Shown here: in pieces, positions 11,101 to 19,992 of the stretch
How positions within the stretch are numbered: position 1 is the first letter of the stretch
Layout: the number at the start of each line of letters is the position of its first letter
From: a virus
Lineage: Duplodnaviria; Caudoviricetes
Virus record (IMG/VR): IMGVR_UViG_3300020412_000001
Span: 6,062 to 70,061 of that record
Length of the DNA stretch: 64,000 bases
Strand: one strand, 5' to 3'
Made by a program: the position numbers and the translations under genes
The notes under the pieces: model-generated
Told to the model about the DNA's origin: nothing
Databases searched by the model: none
The model's input: only the letters and a program-made list of their open reading frames with translations

Positions 11101-12580
11101 GTATTTTTATCTTTATGGTTTTATTCTTTAAACCTTGTGTGTCTGCTTTTATAATTAAGAAATCGCCTTCTTTAACTTTATCTATCTCACTTTGCTCAAT
11201 TAGGAAATATGTGAAATTAGCTTGCTTAAAAAATAACGTAGGAATAATAGTGTTAAAATCACCAGAAGACTGTTTAATATAAAATCTATAAAACTTAGCA
11301 AAACAAGGCGCTTTGTGTCTTAATTCAACTTGTAAAGAAGTTTCTCTGTCCGAACTTGTTATCGGAACGTGTACGGTGCTTTCACCACTTTGTAAACCAG
11401 ATGTAAGCCTTCCGTTATCATCACCATAAGCCATTACAACCTCATAATCTCTAATAGATTTTAATGTTTTCTTAGCCTCACCTTCTTCCATAGGTAAAGA
11501 TGTAAATGTTAAGCTATAGTCTATAAACACATTTTTACCATCACAATCTTTTAAGTCGTAATTTTCTGTGTAATTGCCATATACTATTCTGTTACCAATA
11601 GCCTCTTGGCTTTTTGCAAGTAAAGGAACAGCGTCATATAGCCTAAACAATTGCTTTTCTGGAAGCACCCTGTAAATTTTGTTGTTGAAAAAAGTGAAGC
11701 TTACAGTATCGTTATCATTCCAACCTTTGTAGTCCTTATTAAAAGTTTCAATTATATATACATTGTTACTTCCAGATTCTTTAAACACAACGTCTACTTC
11801 TTGAACCAAGTCGTTTCCTGTGTCAAAAGAAATGTTTACAGAGTTGGTATTATTAACCATCGACTTGTTTGTAGCTGTATTAAAGTCGTAATCAAAATTT
11901 TTAGCTTCAAAGGCGTATTCTGTGAATGGGGATAGTGCGCTGTATTCTCCGTCTAAATATTTGTAACGGTAAGCAAACGAAATAAAACGTTCACTTATAA
12001 AGTTTTCTTGTTGTGTCGAGGTTTCTATTAACTCTATCTCTGGTGAGTATAATGGCGGTGCTTTAATAACAGATATTTCTGCTTCACCAAAATTGTTCTC
12101 CCCATAAGTCTTAGCCCTATTAATATTTATAGCGCGTGGTGGATTAATATTGTCTGTCCAATACAAATACCTGTTACCATTATCTGTATCTACAATAATA
12201 TTTACGCCAGTAATTAAGTAGTCTTTATTTAAGTTTAATACATTCTCTTCTAATGGTCGTGTATCTTTTAATACAATAGAGATAACTTGGTTTATGTTAT
12301 CCCACTCCAATAAAAAAGAACCTGTGTCTGAAACTACAAACCAATAAATCTTTTCCTCAAACTCATCGGCATAACCACCAATGGTAAATGCATTGTCGCC
12401 AAGGTCTATATTGGTAATACGTTTGTTGGATAAGCTGTTCTCAATAGCACCAACGTCACTCCCTTCGCTGTTAGCTACCCTAATATTTAAGGCATCACGA
12501 TAATCGCCATCTGGTATTAGGCGTTCATCTATGTCCTTGTTCATCTTAGAGTTAACAAAAGTACGTTTGCTATTTGGCAA
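8126..12580 (-). CDS. Tail nozzle/stabilisation protein (1484 aa)
   Basis: N-terminus SKMNKDIDERLIPDGDYRDALNIR and YGISKNPESF...WFTDAKRG motifs resemble crAss-like/flavobacterial podophage stabilisation proteins. Confidence 0.7.
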   Translation of the reverse strand: MPNSKRTFVNSKMNKDIDERLIPDGDYRDALNIRVANSEGSDVGAIENSLSNKRITNIDLGDNAFTIGGYADEFEEKIYWFVVSDTGSFLLEWDNINQVISIVLKDTRPLEENVLNLNKDYLITGVNIIVDTDNGNRYLYWTDNINPPRAININRAKTYGENNFGEAEISVIKAPPLYSPEIELIETSTQQENFISERFISFAYRYKYLDGEYSALSPFTEYAFEAKNFDYDFNTATNKSMVNNTNSVNISFDTGNDLVQEVDVVFKESGSNNVYIIETFNKDYKGWNDNDTVSFTFFNNKIYRVLPEKQLFRLYDAVPLLAKSQEAIGNRIVYGNYTENYDLKDCDGKNVFIDYSLTFTSLPMEEGEAKKTLKSIRDYEVVMAYGDDNGRLTSGLQSGESTVHVPITSSDRETSLQVELRHKAPCFAKFYRFYIKQSSGDFNTIIPTLFFKQANFTYFLIEQSEIDKVKEGDFLIIKADTQGLKNKTIKIKILEVKNQDKDFINGEDGGQPKGLYFKVSFESSDVIFDENSYSFFSLSYKDTADGSAPSTEIQQTVINEELDHTTVLFKGDTLDDITTIPSYTTEDKRYEVEIFTTDESGDTFQWRTQDVNGVFSFWNNNNDDGIPLSTSPIVLDSDMSISFNATTGHSIEDKWLIKKNKGFVADEARRSYGVLLYHQSITVGSQIRLFYRSRKEEGSVTSEFDITNISGNNYEDLEEWFYGEEIFNEINNQNYLGEYSQIKFRRFNLTKFSDGSEINYPSEFVEGDLGGAKINPNGQFTGIIIESDRSFDRSRKVYTQTTTEVRKLESLPIFETEAVENDNDIYYEVSRTYPIDENGNHLGFDLIDRNQNLNLGTTASLKLPVFNAFSWGNGVESSKIKDSFNGNRIGFDTRPITVLDEYKRNERIASLTYSGVFQQSTNYNALNEFNLATGNFKDLDDAYGSIQKLYSRDNNIIVFQEDKIFQVLFNKSVVYGADGESTITQTNAVLGQEIPFTGEYGISKNPESFSEFGNRVWFTDAKRGRVLRLSTDGITPISEYGMRDYFRDSFRAYTNNKKIGAYDPYFDQYILNVNQEEILNPLLTDCGTIVYRTDQSLPFTYTIKLNDLEGDIVLNYTITQGQANVTATFNGNVYNGNETIGVGQINFVRDSLSLNEVTVTITPTQDSTEYSVSSVCPLGNPQKVIVVILNDEFDANQTMTNRYNWNNSNFFIENPQFDESGLTLFKVYDGIGGQTRFPIDGAIIKLDAFKDIVDTGDFDYDEENRIGYLISDTVYDETQIDTIVDNATFPLPILTNPDGDYENHRITFPFNKQTPQDILYLIWDYRSTPQQLACDAGITASGNEGIYYVDLAIGTDTGLTGINYNSFNVPDRFIIEYNGVTVADSKYVGNNIVGNQNGQPGLIGNHNLPVYEYDLNTSQFVATGQVNPVSISQNDVADGSPQEPQEGLGQLLFNKVTAEPTTMRITVIAPVNTSWMLNGICPGL

Positions 12581-12606
12581 GGTATAAATATTTTATATTG
12601 TAAATA

Positions 12607-12614
12607 CAAAGATA
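12607..12614 (-). promoter_or_regulatory. Bacteroidota -7 promoter element (TATCTTTG) for the nozzle/ejection operon
   Basis: Matches TAnnTTTG on the minus strand 26 nt upstream of the 12580 start, in an intergenic gap. Confidence 0.55.
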
Positions 12615-12661
12615 ATAATAAAATATTATACTAAATATAGTTGTAATTTGTATTAAATGTA

Positions 12662-12736
12662 TACATTTGTATTAACAACAATTTAAATATAATAGGTTAG
12701 TGGTCAGTTTTAATTAGCTGTCATTAGCCTTTTTTT
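12662..12736 (+). ncRNA. Candidate small RNA: promoter TACATTTG, ACAACAATTTAAA leader, terminator
   Basis: TAnnTTTG at 12662-12669, motif at 12675-12687, G.U-containing hairpin 12695-12729 followed by T7; no ORF in between. Confidence 0.35.
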
Positions 12737-13574
12737 ATATCCATCTTGATTTGCCACGCATCTCCTTATCCAACTCTATTAAACTAAAATCCATTCGGTC
12801 TATCTTAGCTTGGTGCTTGGTGGTCTTATAACGTCTTAGAGCGCGTTGTTTTTCGTTGGCAGGTACATTACGCCTTCCTGCAATACAGAAGTAATATATG
12901 TAATCATTTAAAGCTTCAGAGAGGTGTTTGTGTACAGTAACTTCGTCTTCATTAATACGTTCCCAATTTACACCGTCACTTATGTATTCCAGAACAACTT
13001 CCTTGTTCATCAAGTCACTACTAAATAAAATACAACCACGCCTTTCGTCTATGGTAAATTCTCCATATTGGCTTATCTTGTTTGCCTTATTGGTAAAGCC
13101 GTTTTGCATACAACCACCATCTACAAACTTATAACGCTTGTAAGGCTTGTTGTAACCATTACTACTATCTGCCGTTAGGACTTCGCCATCTTCGTCAAAT
13201 AATATCTCGTAATCGTTATCTTGTAAATAACCAGTAGCTATACTTATGTTTCGGTTTACGTTTAAAGGAAATAGTTTAAAGTCTTCGCCTACAACACTTA
13301 CCCTAACATAGTTTACGTAGTCTTGTGGTAATACCCATTTCAAGTCTTCACCAATTGTTACTTCTATACTTAAGATGTCGTTGGCTACGCTCTTATTAAG
13401 TTCCCTAATGCCATTCTTAGCTTCACTAAGTAATCTACTTCGCTTAATGTTCTTTAGGTAGCTGTCATCGTCTTGACTGTTTAATAACAGCCTATTAATA
13501 ATCTCACTTAAAGGGATATATTGGTAATTACCGTGTGAAGCTTCATCTTCGTAGTAGTCTATTGCACTAGCCAT
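12735..13574 (-). CDS. Head-tail adaptor/ring protein (279 aa)
   Basis: LPQDYVNYVRVS and VVLEYISDG motifs; position in the tail ring block. Confidence 0.55.
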   Translation of the reverse strand: MASAIDYYEDEASHGNYQYIPLSEIINRLLLNSQDDDSYLKNIKRSRLLSEAKNGIRELNKSVANDILSIEVTIGEDLKWVLPQDYVNYVRVSVVGEDFKLFPLNVNRNISIATGYLQDNDYEILFDEDGEVLTADSSNGYNKPYKRYKFVDGGCMQNGFTNKANKISQYGEFTIDERRGCILFSSDLMNKEVVLEYISDGVNWERINEDEVTVHKHLSEALNDYIYYFCIAGRRNVPANEKQRALRRYKTTKHQAKIDRMDFSLIELDKEMRGKSRWI

Positions 13575-13576
13575 AG

Positions 13577-14278
13577 TTATAAGTTATTTGCTTGTTGCAT
13601 TTGTTGTTGTTCTTCTCTATCTATAATCCCTTGTAGATCCTGTTCTTTTAAATTCACACCAAAACGTTGTAAGACACGTATCACAATATCGCTTTCCTCG
13701 CTTATGTGCATATCTATATCCTGGAAATCGTTGGCACTTGGGTTAAAGACTTCTGCGCCACCAATAACCGTGTATGTCCATTTTGGTTTTTTTGGTTGCC
13801 TTAAATAAGAGACTTCCAAGCTACTTGCATAATCTGTTGGCGCTATCTTAATCCTATTGCCACTCTGTAAACCAATAGGATATGATGTGCTAGGTTTAGT
13901 ATCAACCAATTGCGATACAATCTTAAATTCCCTAGAGTTCTTGCATAGTTCTACTTCTGCACCAGTCTTAAGGTATATGGCATCTAGGTATCTGTAGTCT
14001 GTTGGTAAGGTGTAGGTGTTGTCTACTAAATTAATAGTAGCATCATATAGGTAGTGTAATATCTTTTCTCTAAAGCGGTCTGTGGCGTTTTCTAAACCAC
14101 CATTAAGTAACCCTCTATTCTGTCTGTTAACCAATCGGTTAATCTCAAAAAGGTACTCTTCAAACTTCTCGTTAATGACTTGGTACAGAATATCATTGTA
14201 TTCTTCTGGCGTGAAGTTACCTCTAACATCGGTGTTTATGATGGTTTTTACAACACGTCTTACCTTATCAATTAACAT
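13577..14278 (-). CDS. Tail tubular/ring protein (233 aa)
   Basis: YTLPTDY, YLRQPKKPKWTY motifs typical of ring proteins in these podoviruses; TAAATTTG promoter upstream. Confidence 0.55.
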   Translation of the reverse strand: MLIDKVRRVVKTIINTDVRGNFTPEEYNDILYQVINEKFEEYLFEINRLVNRQNRGLLNGGLENATDRFREKILHYLYDATINLVDNTYTLPTDYRYLDAIYLKTGAEVELCKNSREFKIVSQLVDTKPSTSYPIGLQSGNRIKIAPTDYASSLEVSYLRQPKKPKWTYTVIGGAEVFNPSANDFQDIDMHISEESDIVIRVLQRFGVNLKEQDLQGIIDREEQQQMQQANNL

Positions 14279-14359
14279 AGTATAATTTTATTCTATTTAT
14301 AATACAAATTTAATAAATATTTATGATATTAAATAAGGCTTAATTTATACTGTTAATGC

Positions 14360-14367
14360 TATATTTG
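14360..14367 (+). promoter_or_regulatory. -7 promoter element TATATTTG for the plus-strand accessory island
   Basis: TAnnTTTG 18 nt upstream of ATG 14386. Confidence 0.55.
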
Positions 14368-14385
14368 TGTATTAAACATATTAAA

Positions 14386-14562
14386 ATGAACTACAACATA
14401 AACAACTTCAAGCACACATCTACCGAAATTGTGTGGAATGGTAACTACGAAGATTCCTTTGTTATCTCTGCGGAGTACAACAACAAAACCTTAACCGATC
14501 AAGAGTTAGAAGACTTGGATAGTGAAACAGAATACCTCTTAATTTTTGAAAAACTACATTAA
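14386..14562 (+). CDS. Hypothetical protein (accessory island)
   Basis: Start re-assigned to ATG 14386 downstream of the promoter. Confidence 0.55.
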   Translation: MNYNINNFKHTSTEIVWNGNYEDSFVISAEYNNKTLTDQELEDLDSETEYLLIFEKLH

Positions 14563-14563
14563 T

Positions 14564-14815
14564 ATGAAAGATAATATTTTAGGGCAGATTAAAAACATAC
14601 GCATATTATCGGGTGTAATTATTATATACTACATCTGTTACAATGCTTATTACGGTTGGAACAAAACACCGTTAAATAGTACGGAAGAAATCTTTGATGA
14701 CATTACAAAAATATTGTGCTTGTTAGTGTTTGGAATGATATTAAACGTTGTATTACACTTCATACAATTTATTACAAAATGTGTGGAATTGAATGTTGTT
14801 GAAGATGAGGATTAA
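14564..14815 (+). CDS. Small two-TM membrane protein (accessory island)
   Basis: Two hydrophobic stretches (ILSGVIIIYYICY; ILCLLVFGMILNVVLHFI). Confidence 0.55.
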   Translation: MKDNILGQIKNIRILSGVIIIYYICYNAYYGWNKTPLNSTEEIFDDITKILCLLVFGMILNVVLHFIQFITKCVELNVVEDED

Positions 14816-14838
14816 TGTAATCGTAAAGGGAATTTAGT

Positions 14839-15099
14839 ATGGATTTTAGTAGATATGATAAATTTATAGCAAAATCATCTAAAAATGTTATTAAAAACAA
14901 GAACATAGTTGAAGGTGGAACTATAAAATACTTTAATGTAGAAGGTGATGTTTTAATTGAAAAAGTAGATTATAGATTAGGTATTGTAATATTTGAAAGG
15001 AAATATATTTATAATGGAGGTAAAAACCAATATAATTATAAGTGGTATGATTATTTTATGGATGCAAATTGTTTTGTGTTAGAAGAGGTAAGCAAGTAA
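14839..15099 (+). CDS. Hypothetical protein (accessory island)
   Basis: 86-aa ORF, co-oriented with neighbours. Confidence 0.55.
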   Translation: MDFSRYDKFIAKSSKNVIKNKNIVEGGTIKYFNVEGDVLIEKVDYRLGIVIFERKYIYNGGKNQYNYKWYDYFMDANCFVLEEVSK

Positions 15100-15119
15100 T
15101 TTTAATTAAATATTATAAA

Positions 15120-15278
15120 ATGAGAAAAATAATACATAGCCTTTTTGGATGCTAAATCTTTTTAAATAAATATTGGCTACACTTTTATAAGTATAAAGAA
15201 TGTAGTGAATGTAATAAGAGATATATACAAATAAAATGTAGTGTTTTTGGGGATAAAAGTTGGAAGGATATAACTTAA
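15120..15278 (+). pseudogene. Small Cys-containing protein interrupted by one in-frame TAA
   Basis: Translates as MRKIIHSLFGC*IFLNKYWLHFYKYKECSECNKRYIQIKCSVFGDKSWKDIT*; fills the gap between flanking ORFs exactly. Confidence 0.4.
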
Positions 15279-15290
15279 AATAAATTTATT

Positions 15291-15506
15291 ATGGCAGTAC
15301 TTGTTAATTATTCTTTAAATCCAGGCGTAGATTATTACATAGAGTTTAAAAGTGTATTCTCTTCTCTAAGGTTTTTTATTGAACACAAAAAAGATTTCTA
15401 TTTTTATACACTATTTCTAGAAAGAGAAAATAATACCTTAAAGGTAAAATCTCTTAAGTGTGATTTTAAAAATGTCAAGAAAAAAGAAATTGCATTAAAG
15501 CCATAA
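15291..15506 (+). CDS. Hypothetical protein (accessory island)
   Basis: 71-aa ORF ending at a hairpin. Confidence 0.5.
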   Translation: MAVLVNYSLNPGVDYYIEFKSVFSSLRFFIEHKKDFYFYTLFLERENNTLKVKSLKCDFKNVKKKEIALKP

Positions 15507-15535
15507 AACCCTTGCCAAATTAATGACAAGGGCTT
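15506..15535. terminator. Hairpin terminator between convergent genes
   Basis: AAACCCTTGCC-aaattaat-GACAAGGGCTT. Confidence 0.55.
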
Positions 15536-15591
15536 CGCAAGGATCGGGAAAATCAAATTAACCACTACACGCAAACGAAATGGTTGCTTTA

Positions 15592-16371
15592 CTACTTTTT
15601 AGGGCGTCCTGCCTTCTTCTTTGGCGAACTGTCCTTTTCCTCTGTATCTATTCCTAACGTCTTAGAAATTCTATTACCTATCTCCTGTAACGTTTGGTTG
15701 CTTTCTTCTGTACCTTCACTAAAAAATTCAGCCAACTTCGTAATACCATTCTCGCCTTTAGCTAATGGTAATATCGTGCCTTCATCTCCAGTTGCCCATA
15801 CAATTGCAGTCTTAAATTTATTGTACTTTACAATGCCCTTATTAAAGGCTACACCAGATGCAAATTTTTGCTCGTAGTCTGTACTGTCTAAAATCTTAAC
15901 CAACTTGTCTGGCGTGTTGTAAGCCATCTTCAACAAGCTAGACTTACATTTACTTACTGGCCAATTCATAGCTATACCTCCAAATACAGCTAAAGCCATT
16001 GCTCTTAACTTGTCTTCGTCACTATCATCAATAAGGTTAGCCGTCTTAGTCTTCTTCTCTAATTCATCCAACTCACGTTGTGCAGAAATCTCAATGTCGT
16101 CTATCTCAAAATGCTTGTTAAACCAAGGGTGGTCTTGTAATAATGAATTTAAAACCTTATTGTTCTTAGGTACTAACTTCTTACCTTCATCAAACCAAAT
16201 GGTTTCTTCCTTTTCATCACCTTTAATGTCTTCTCTAAAGTAAGAGTCTGCACCAGGTACATAACATACTTTCTTAAGATTACCGTCCTTCTCAATAAGG
16301 ACGTCATTTAATGGAAGCTTCCAACTTCCTGTCTTTTTACCACTAATTAACTTGTACGTGTTATATTGCAT
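15592..16371 (-). CDS. Conserved phage protein downstream of the major capsid gene (259 aa)
   Basis: Long ORF; synteny only. Confidence 0.6.
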   Translation of the reverse strand: MQYNTYKLISGKKTGSWKLPLNDVLIEKDGNLKKVCYVPGADSYFREDIKGDEKEETIWFDEGKKLVPKNNKVLNSLLQDHPWFNKHFEIDDIEISAQRELDELEKKTKTANLIDDSDEDKLRAMALAVFGGIAMNWPVSKCKSSLLKMAYNTPDKLVKILDSTDYEQKFASGVAFNKGIVKYNKFKTAIVWATGDEGTILPLAKGENGITKLAEFFSEGTEESNQTLQEIGNRISKTLGIDTEEKDSSPKKKAGRPKK

Positions 16372-16391
16372 AATTTTGATTTTTATTAAAA

Positions 16392-16421
16392 AAAAGCGGT
16401 AGGTATTAAACTACCGCTTTT
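16392..16421 (-). terminator. Intrinsic terminator after the major capsid gene
   Basis: AAAAGCGGTAG/CTACCGCTTTT stem followed by a long T run on the minus strand. Confidence 0.75.
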
Positions 16422-16439
16422 CATCTCCTTTCTTTTAAA

Positions 16440-17804
16440 TTAAGAACCTGTGTAAATTCCTGTTCCTCTACGAACTACAAACCATTCGTTAGCACCTACT
16501 AACTGATTTGTTTGTTCTGTCTTAACGTGCATCTCAAAGGTGTCCTTCTTATGTGCAGTACCAATACTACCACCAAAGAAATCAACATCTTTGTAACGGT
16601 TAATACCACCACGTTGTCTGTATCTAATAGATAAGTATGGTCTTGCAACCGTCTCACCTGCTTCTGTTACTGCTTTCTCTCCTTGTGGCACAAGTACGCA
16701 AGCAATATTTGTTAAGTTAAAGTTTGAACGCCCTAATAATGAAGGATCGTCTAACAATGCCCAAGGCGTAAAGTGGAATGTCACACCATCAATCTTAACA
16801 GAAGAGAAATCTAATGCTAACGCCATATCCATAGAGTTTTGGAAAACACCATAGTTAGCACCATTTGCATAGTGACCGTTAAGCCCTGCTAACATCTGAC
16901 GGAAGTATGCCATTTGTTGGTGGTCTGCAAATACTGTAAACTCACGACAAGCACCTTGACGTTTAATACGGTAAGCAATATCACTTAACTCTTCTATATT
17001 CTGAATGTACTCGTTGGCAATGTTACCACGCTCTTCAACTTGTTGTAAGATACCCTTCATACCTCTTGGTAGTCCTGCGTTGGCAGATGCAGAACCGTCT
17101 TGTGAACGTCTTGATATAATATGAGACATCTCAATTATATTGGTATACTTATCCATTGTACGTTCTAAGTCGTAGTTATACCACATATCACCATAAGGGG
17201 TTTCTACCCACGTAAGGTGTGCCATATCACTTTCACTTACCTCAAAATATTCTTTGATAATTTTAGGGTAGTTTGTGATAATCTCTGGATTCCACGTCAA
17301 CCCTTCAGTAAAGTTTCCTGTTCCTTTACCAAAACTGTTTGAAAATGGTACTACTGTTACAGCACCTGTTAAACCAAATGCTCCTGCATCGTTATTTTCA
17401 ATAACTACTTCTGTAGATGAGTTAATCGCAGATACAATACCTGTTTTCTCAATACTACCATCAGATATAATTACTTCATCATTTACACGCAATGTGTGCG
17501 TATCTGTAAATGTGAATACGTCACCTACTACTGTAACATCATCATAAGATGTCATAAGACGACCTTGTTCTGCGTGTTTCACTTCATCAGAAGCAAAAGG
17601 CATCTCACTACCAGTAAGTCTTACAAATCCCGTAATAGTACCCCTACCGTACTTCATATACAGTTGTGGGGTTAATTCTGGTTTGTACTGTGTTGCGTAA
17701 TCGTAAGGCGAAATAAAGTTGAATGGTGTCGCTCTCTCACCACTTGGCGATAAACCTACCGCAGGATTACCTGCTTGGTTGTTGTCTTTTAAATCAAAAG
17801 CCAT
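16440..17804 (-). CDS. Major capsid protein (454 aa)
   Basis: Follows portal and scaffold, has a strong terminator, and resembles crAss-like MCPs (HAEQGRL, PYLSIRYRQ, KTEQTNQLVGANEW). Confidence 0.8.
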   Translation of the reverse strand: MAFDLKDNNQAGNPAVGLSPSGERATPFNFISPYDYATQYKPELTPQLYMKYGRGTITGFVRLTGSEMPFASDEVKHAEQGRLMTSYDDVTVVGDVFTFTDTHTLRVNDEVIISDGSIEKTGIVSAINSSTEVVIENNDAGAFGLTGAVTVVPFSNSFGKGTGNFTEGLTWNPEIITNYPKIIKEYFEVSESDMAHLTWVETPYGDMWYNYDLERTMDKYTNIIEMSHIISRRSQDGSASANAGLPRGMKGILQQVEERGNIANEYIQNIEELSDIAYRIKRQGACREFTVFADHQQMAYFRQMLAGLNGHYANGANYGVFQNSMDMALALDFSSVKIDGVTFHFTPWALLDDPSLLGRSNFNLTNIACVLVPQGEKAVTEAGETVARPYLSIRYRQRGGINRYKDVDFFGGSIGTAHKKDTFEMHVKTEQTNQLVGANEWFVVRRGTGIYTGS

Positions 17805-17816
17805 TGTAATTTTGGA

Positions 17817-19079
17817 TTATGTGTTTATATTTCCTCTAACACCATATCCGTTGCGTTTTGAGCCACCTAACAAATCACCGTAACCCTCTTTAGATGCCGT
17901 TGTCTTTTGTAACGGTTTCTTATTGAAGTTGTAATTGTTAGCCGTGCTAATGTAGTCTTCGATGGTTTCTGAATGGACATTGTTTGCCATTGCATTAAAC
18001 ACCTTTTGTAAATTTGCTTCCTCACTAAAATAAAGTGCTTTAGCAAACCTCTCATAATCAAGTTTTCCCTCCTTGGTTCTGAAACGATTCGAGATGTAAT
18101 TATTTACATCTTTGGCAATTGATAACATACTATGTTTATCGTCATCGTTAAATTGATAAGAAAAATCTAAGTCCTTCTTATCTCCGTTGTCGTCAATAGT
18201 GAATTTAAACTTTGCTTCCGTGACACTATCTACAGATGCTTTTAAGTCGTTTAAATAAGCTTCACGCTCAACCACAGCTTTTTCGTAATCTTCCTTGTAC
18301 ATCTTCTGCCCATTATCCAACGTCACAACTTCGCGCTGTGGTTCTTTTGGCTTGTCTTCTGTACTCGGTTTAGCCTTTGGAACTGCGTATTCCTTTTGTT
18401 CTGCCTTCTTAGCATTTCTCTGCTTATTGGCATAGGCTTTAAATTTTATCTTGTCGCTTCCTTCTAAGTCTTCTAAATCTACAAGACCTAATTCAGAAGC
18501 TAAATAATCGTCTGCTTCTGCGTTGTTTAACTCTAATCCTGTTTCTTGTCTTACACGATCCCTAGCTAAATCAACATCATTTACATCATCCCAGTTTTTA
18601 TTGAGTTCTAAAAACTCGTTGTAACCACGACCTGTTTGTTTCTTAAACTCTAAATACGCTTTGTCGTTATCATCAAGTATACCGTCATAAGGGTTTACCT
18701 CTTTCTCTTCAATACGTACTTCTTGTTCTTTTAAAAGATCGTCAAAGCTTTTAATGTCTTTGCCTGTCTGTTTTCTTAAGTACTCTAATACAGCATCATT
18801 GTCTAATGTAGTAACCTTGTCGTCTTCCTTAGCTGTATCTGCTTTAATGTCTTCGTTTACATTCTCTTCCTTAATATCTTCTTTAGGCTCTTCCTTAACC
18901 TCTTGCTTAGGTGTAGACAAGTCTATATTAGTATCAATTTTAGGAATGTCTCTTTTAGGTTGCTCTTGTGCGTTATCCTCTTTAGGTGTTTCCGCCACTT
19001 CAACCTCTGTACTTTTTTTTGCGCCTAATGCATCTTCAATAGATGTATTCGTCATTGTTCCTTTTGCACCAAATCCCAT
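17817..19079 (-). CDS. Capsid scaffolding protein (420 aa)
   Basis: Acidic, low-complexity protein between portal and MCP; TAACTTTG promoter at 19105-19112. Confidence 0.65.
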   Translation of the reverse strand: MGFGAKGTMTNTSIEDALGAKKSTEVEVAETPKEDNAQEQPKRDIPKIDTNIDLSTPKQEVKEEPKEDIKEENVNEDIKADTAKEDDKVTTLDNDAVLEYLRKQTGKDIKSFDDLLKEQEVRIEEKEVNPYDGILDDNDKAYLEFKKQTGRGYNEFLELNKNWDDVNDVDLARDRVRQETGLELNNAEADDYLASELGLVDLEDLEGSDKIKFKAYANKQRNAKKAEQKEYAVPKAKPSTEDKPKEPQREVVTLDNGQKMYKEDYEKAVVEREAYLNDLKASVDSVTEAKFKFTIDDNGDKKDLDFSYQFNDDDKHSMLSIAKDVNNYISNRFRTKEGKLDYERFAKALYFSEEANLQKVFNAMANNVHSETIEDYISTANNYNFNKKPLQKTTASKEGYGDLLGGSKRNGYGVRGNINT

Positions 19080-19193
19080 AGATAAATTTTATTTATACTA
19101 AATACAAAGTTAATATAAATTATTTATATCGCAAACTGTTGTATTTTATACATATAGACTATCTTTGTTTACGGTACTATAAAAAATATTGAA

Positions 19194-19883
19194 ATGAAAA
19201 ATATTAACAGAATCATAAAAGATTCCTTCCCTGTTCCAAAATCAGATTTAGTTGAATTTATCTTCTGTGAAGACGGTGCATTTAATTTTGGCGAAAAATC
19301 ATTTAATCACATAAAATTTAACGGTAAATTAATTACAGATAAAACCATCATTAAGGAAAAATTAGGTTTCATTACCAACTATTATATTCCTAAGCTAGAA
19401 GAATTTCACGTTGGGTTTGAATATGAAGAGGATGATAATAATACTGGCAATTGGGAGTTTGAAGTATGTGGATTAGATAATACTGGAGATTTAGAAATGA
19501 TTAAAGACTTTATATTAGAAGGTAATATAAGAGTTAAACATTTAGACAAAAAAGATATTCACGACTTAGGGTTTAGAAAAAAATCACTAACGTATTCTGA
19601 AAGAATTGTAGACGTGGTAGGAGATAAAGCTCATTATATTAATATAATTAATGAAAACTTAAAAAATGTTTATGCGCTTAGTCTTAACAAAGAACCTCAT
19701 TATGGTGTCGATGAAAAATTATGTTATATAATACATAAGCCTTGGAAAGAAAATAAACATAGGTATGAGATTAACACAATTCAATATTTTACAGATAATA
19801 GTGCTAGTATTAAAACAGTTTTTTATGGTACAATTAAAAATAAATCAGAATTAAAACATATTTTAGACATAATAGAATTGTAG
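19194..19883 (+). CDS. Hypothetical protein, single-gene insert opposite the structural operon
   Basis: Own TATCTTTG promoter at 19160-19167. EEFHVGFEYE...IRVKHLD...GTIKNKSELK motifs recalled from other Bacteroidota phages. Confidence 0.65.
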   Translation: MKNINRIIKDSFPVPKSDLVEFIFCEDGAFNFGEKSFNHIKFNGKLITDKTIIKEKLGFITNYYIPKLEEFHVGFEYEEDDNNTGNWEFEVCGLDNTGDLEMIKDFILEGNIRVKHLDKKDIHDLGFRKKSLTYSERIVDVVGDKAHYINIINENLKNVYALSLNKEPHYGVDEKLCYIIHKPWKENKHRYEINTIQYFTDNSASIKTVFYGTIKNKSELKHILDIIEL

Positions 19884-19956
19884 TATAATAAATTTATACT
19901 ATATTTGTAATCTAAGTATTTCATTTTTATTTGAATTTTTTTATTGTTTATTGATT

Positions 19957-19991
19957 AACCCCAACAGCCTGGACAACTGTTGGGGTTTTTT
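19957..19991. terminator. Intrinsic (likely bidirectional) terminator
   Basis: AACCCCAACAG-cctggacaa-CTGTTGGGGTT followed by T run; abuts the portal stop. Confidence 0.8.
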
Positions 19992-19992
19992 C

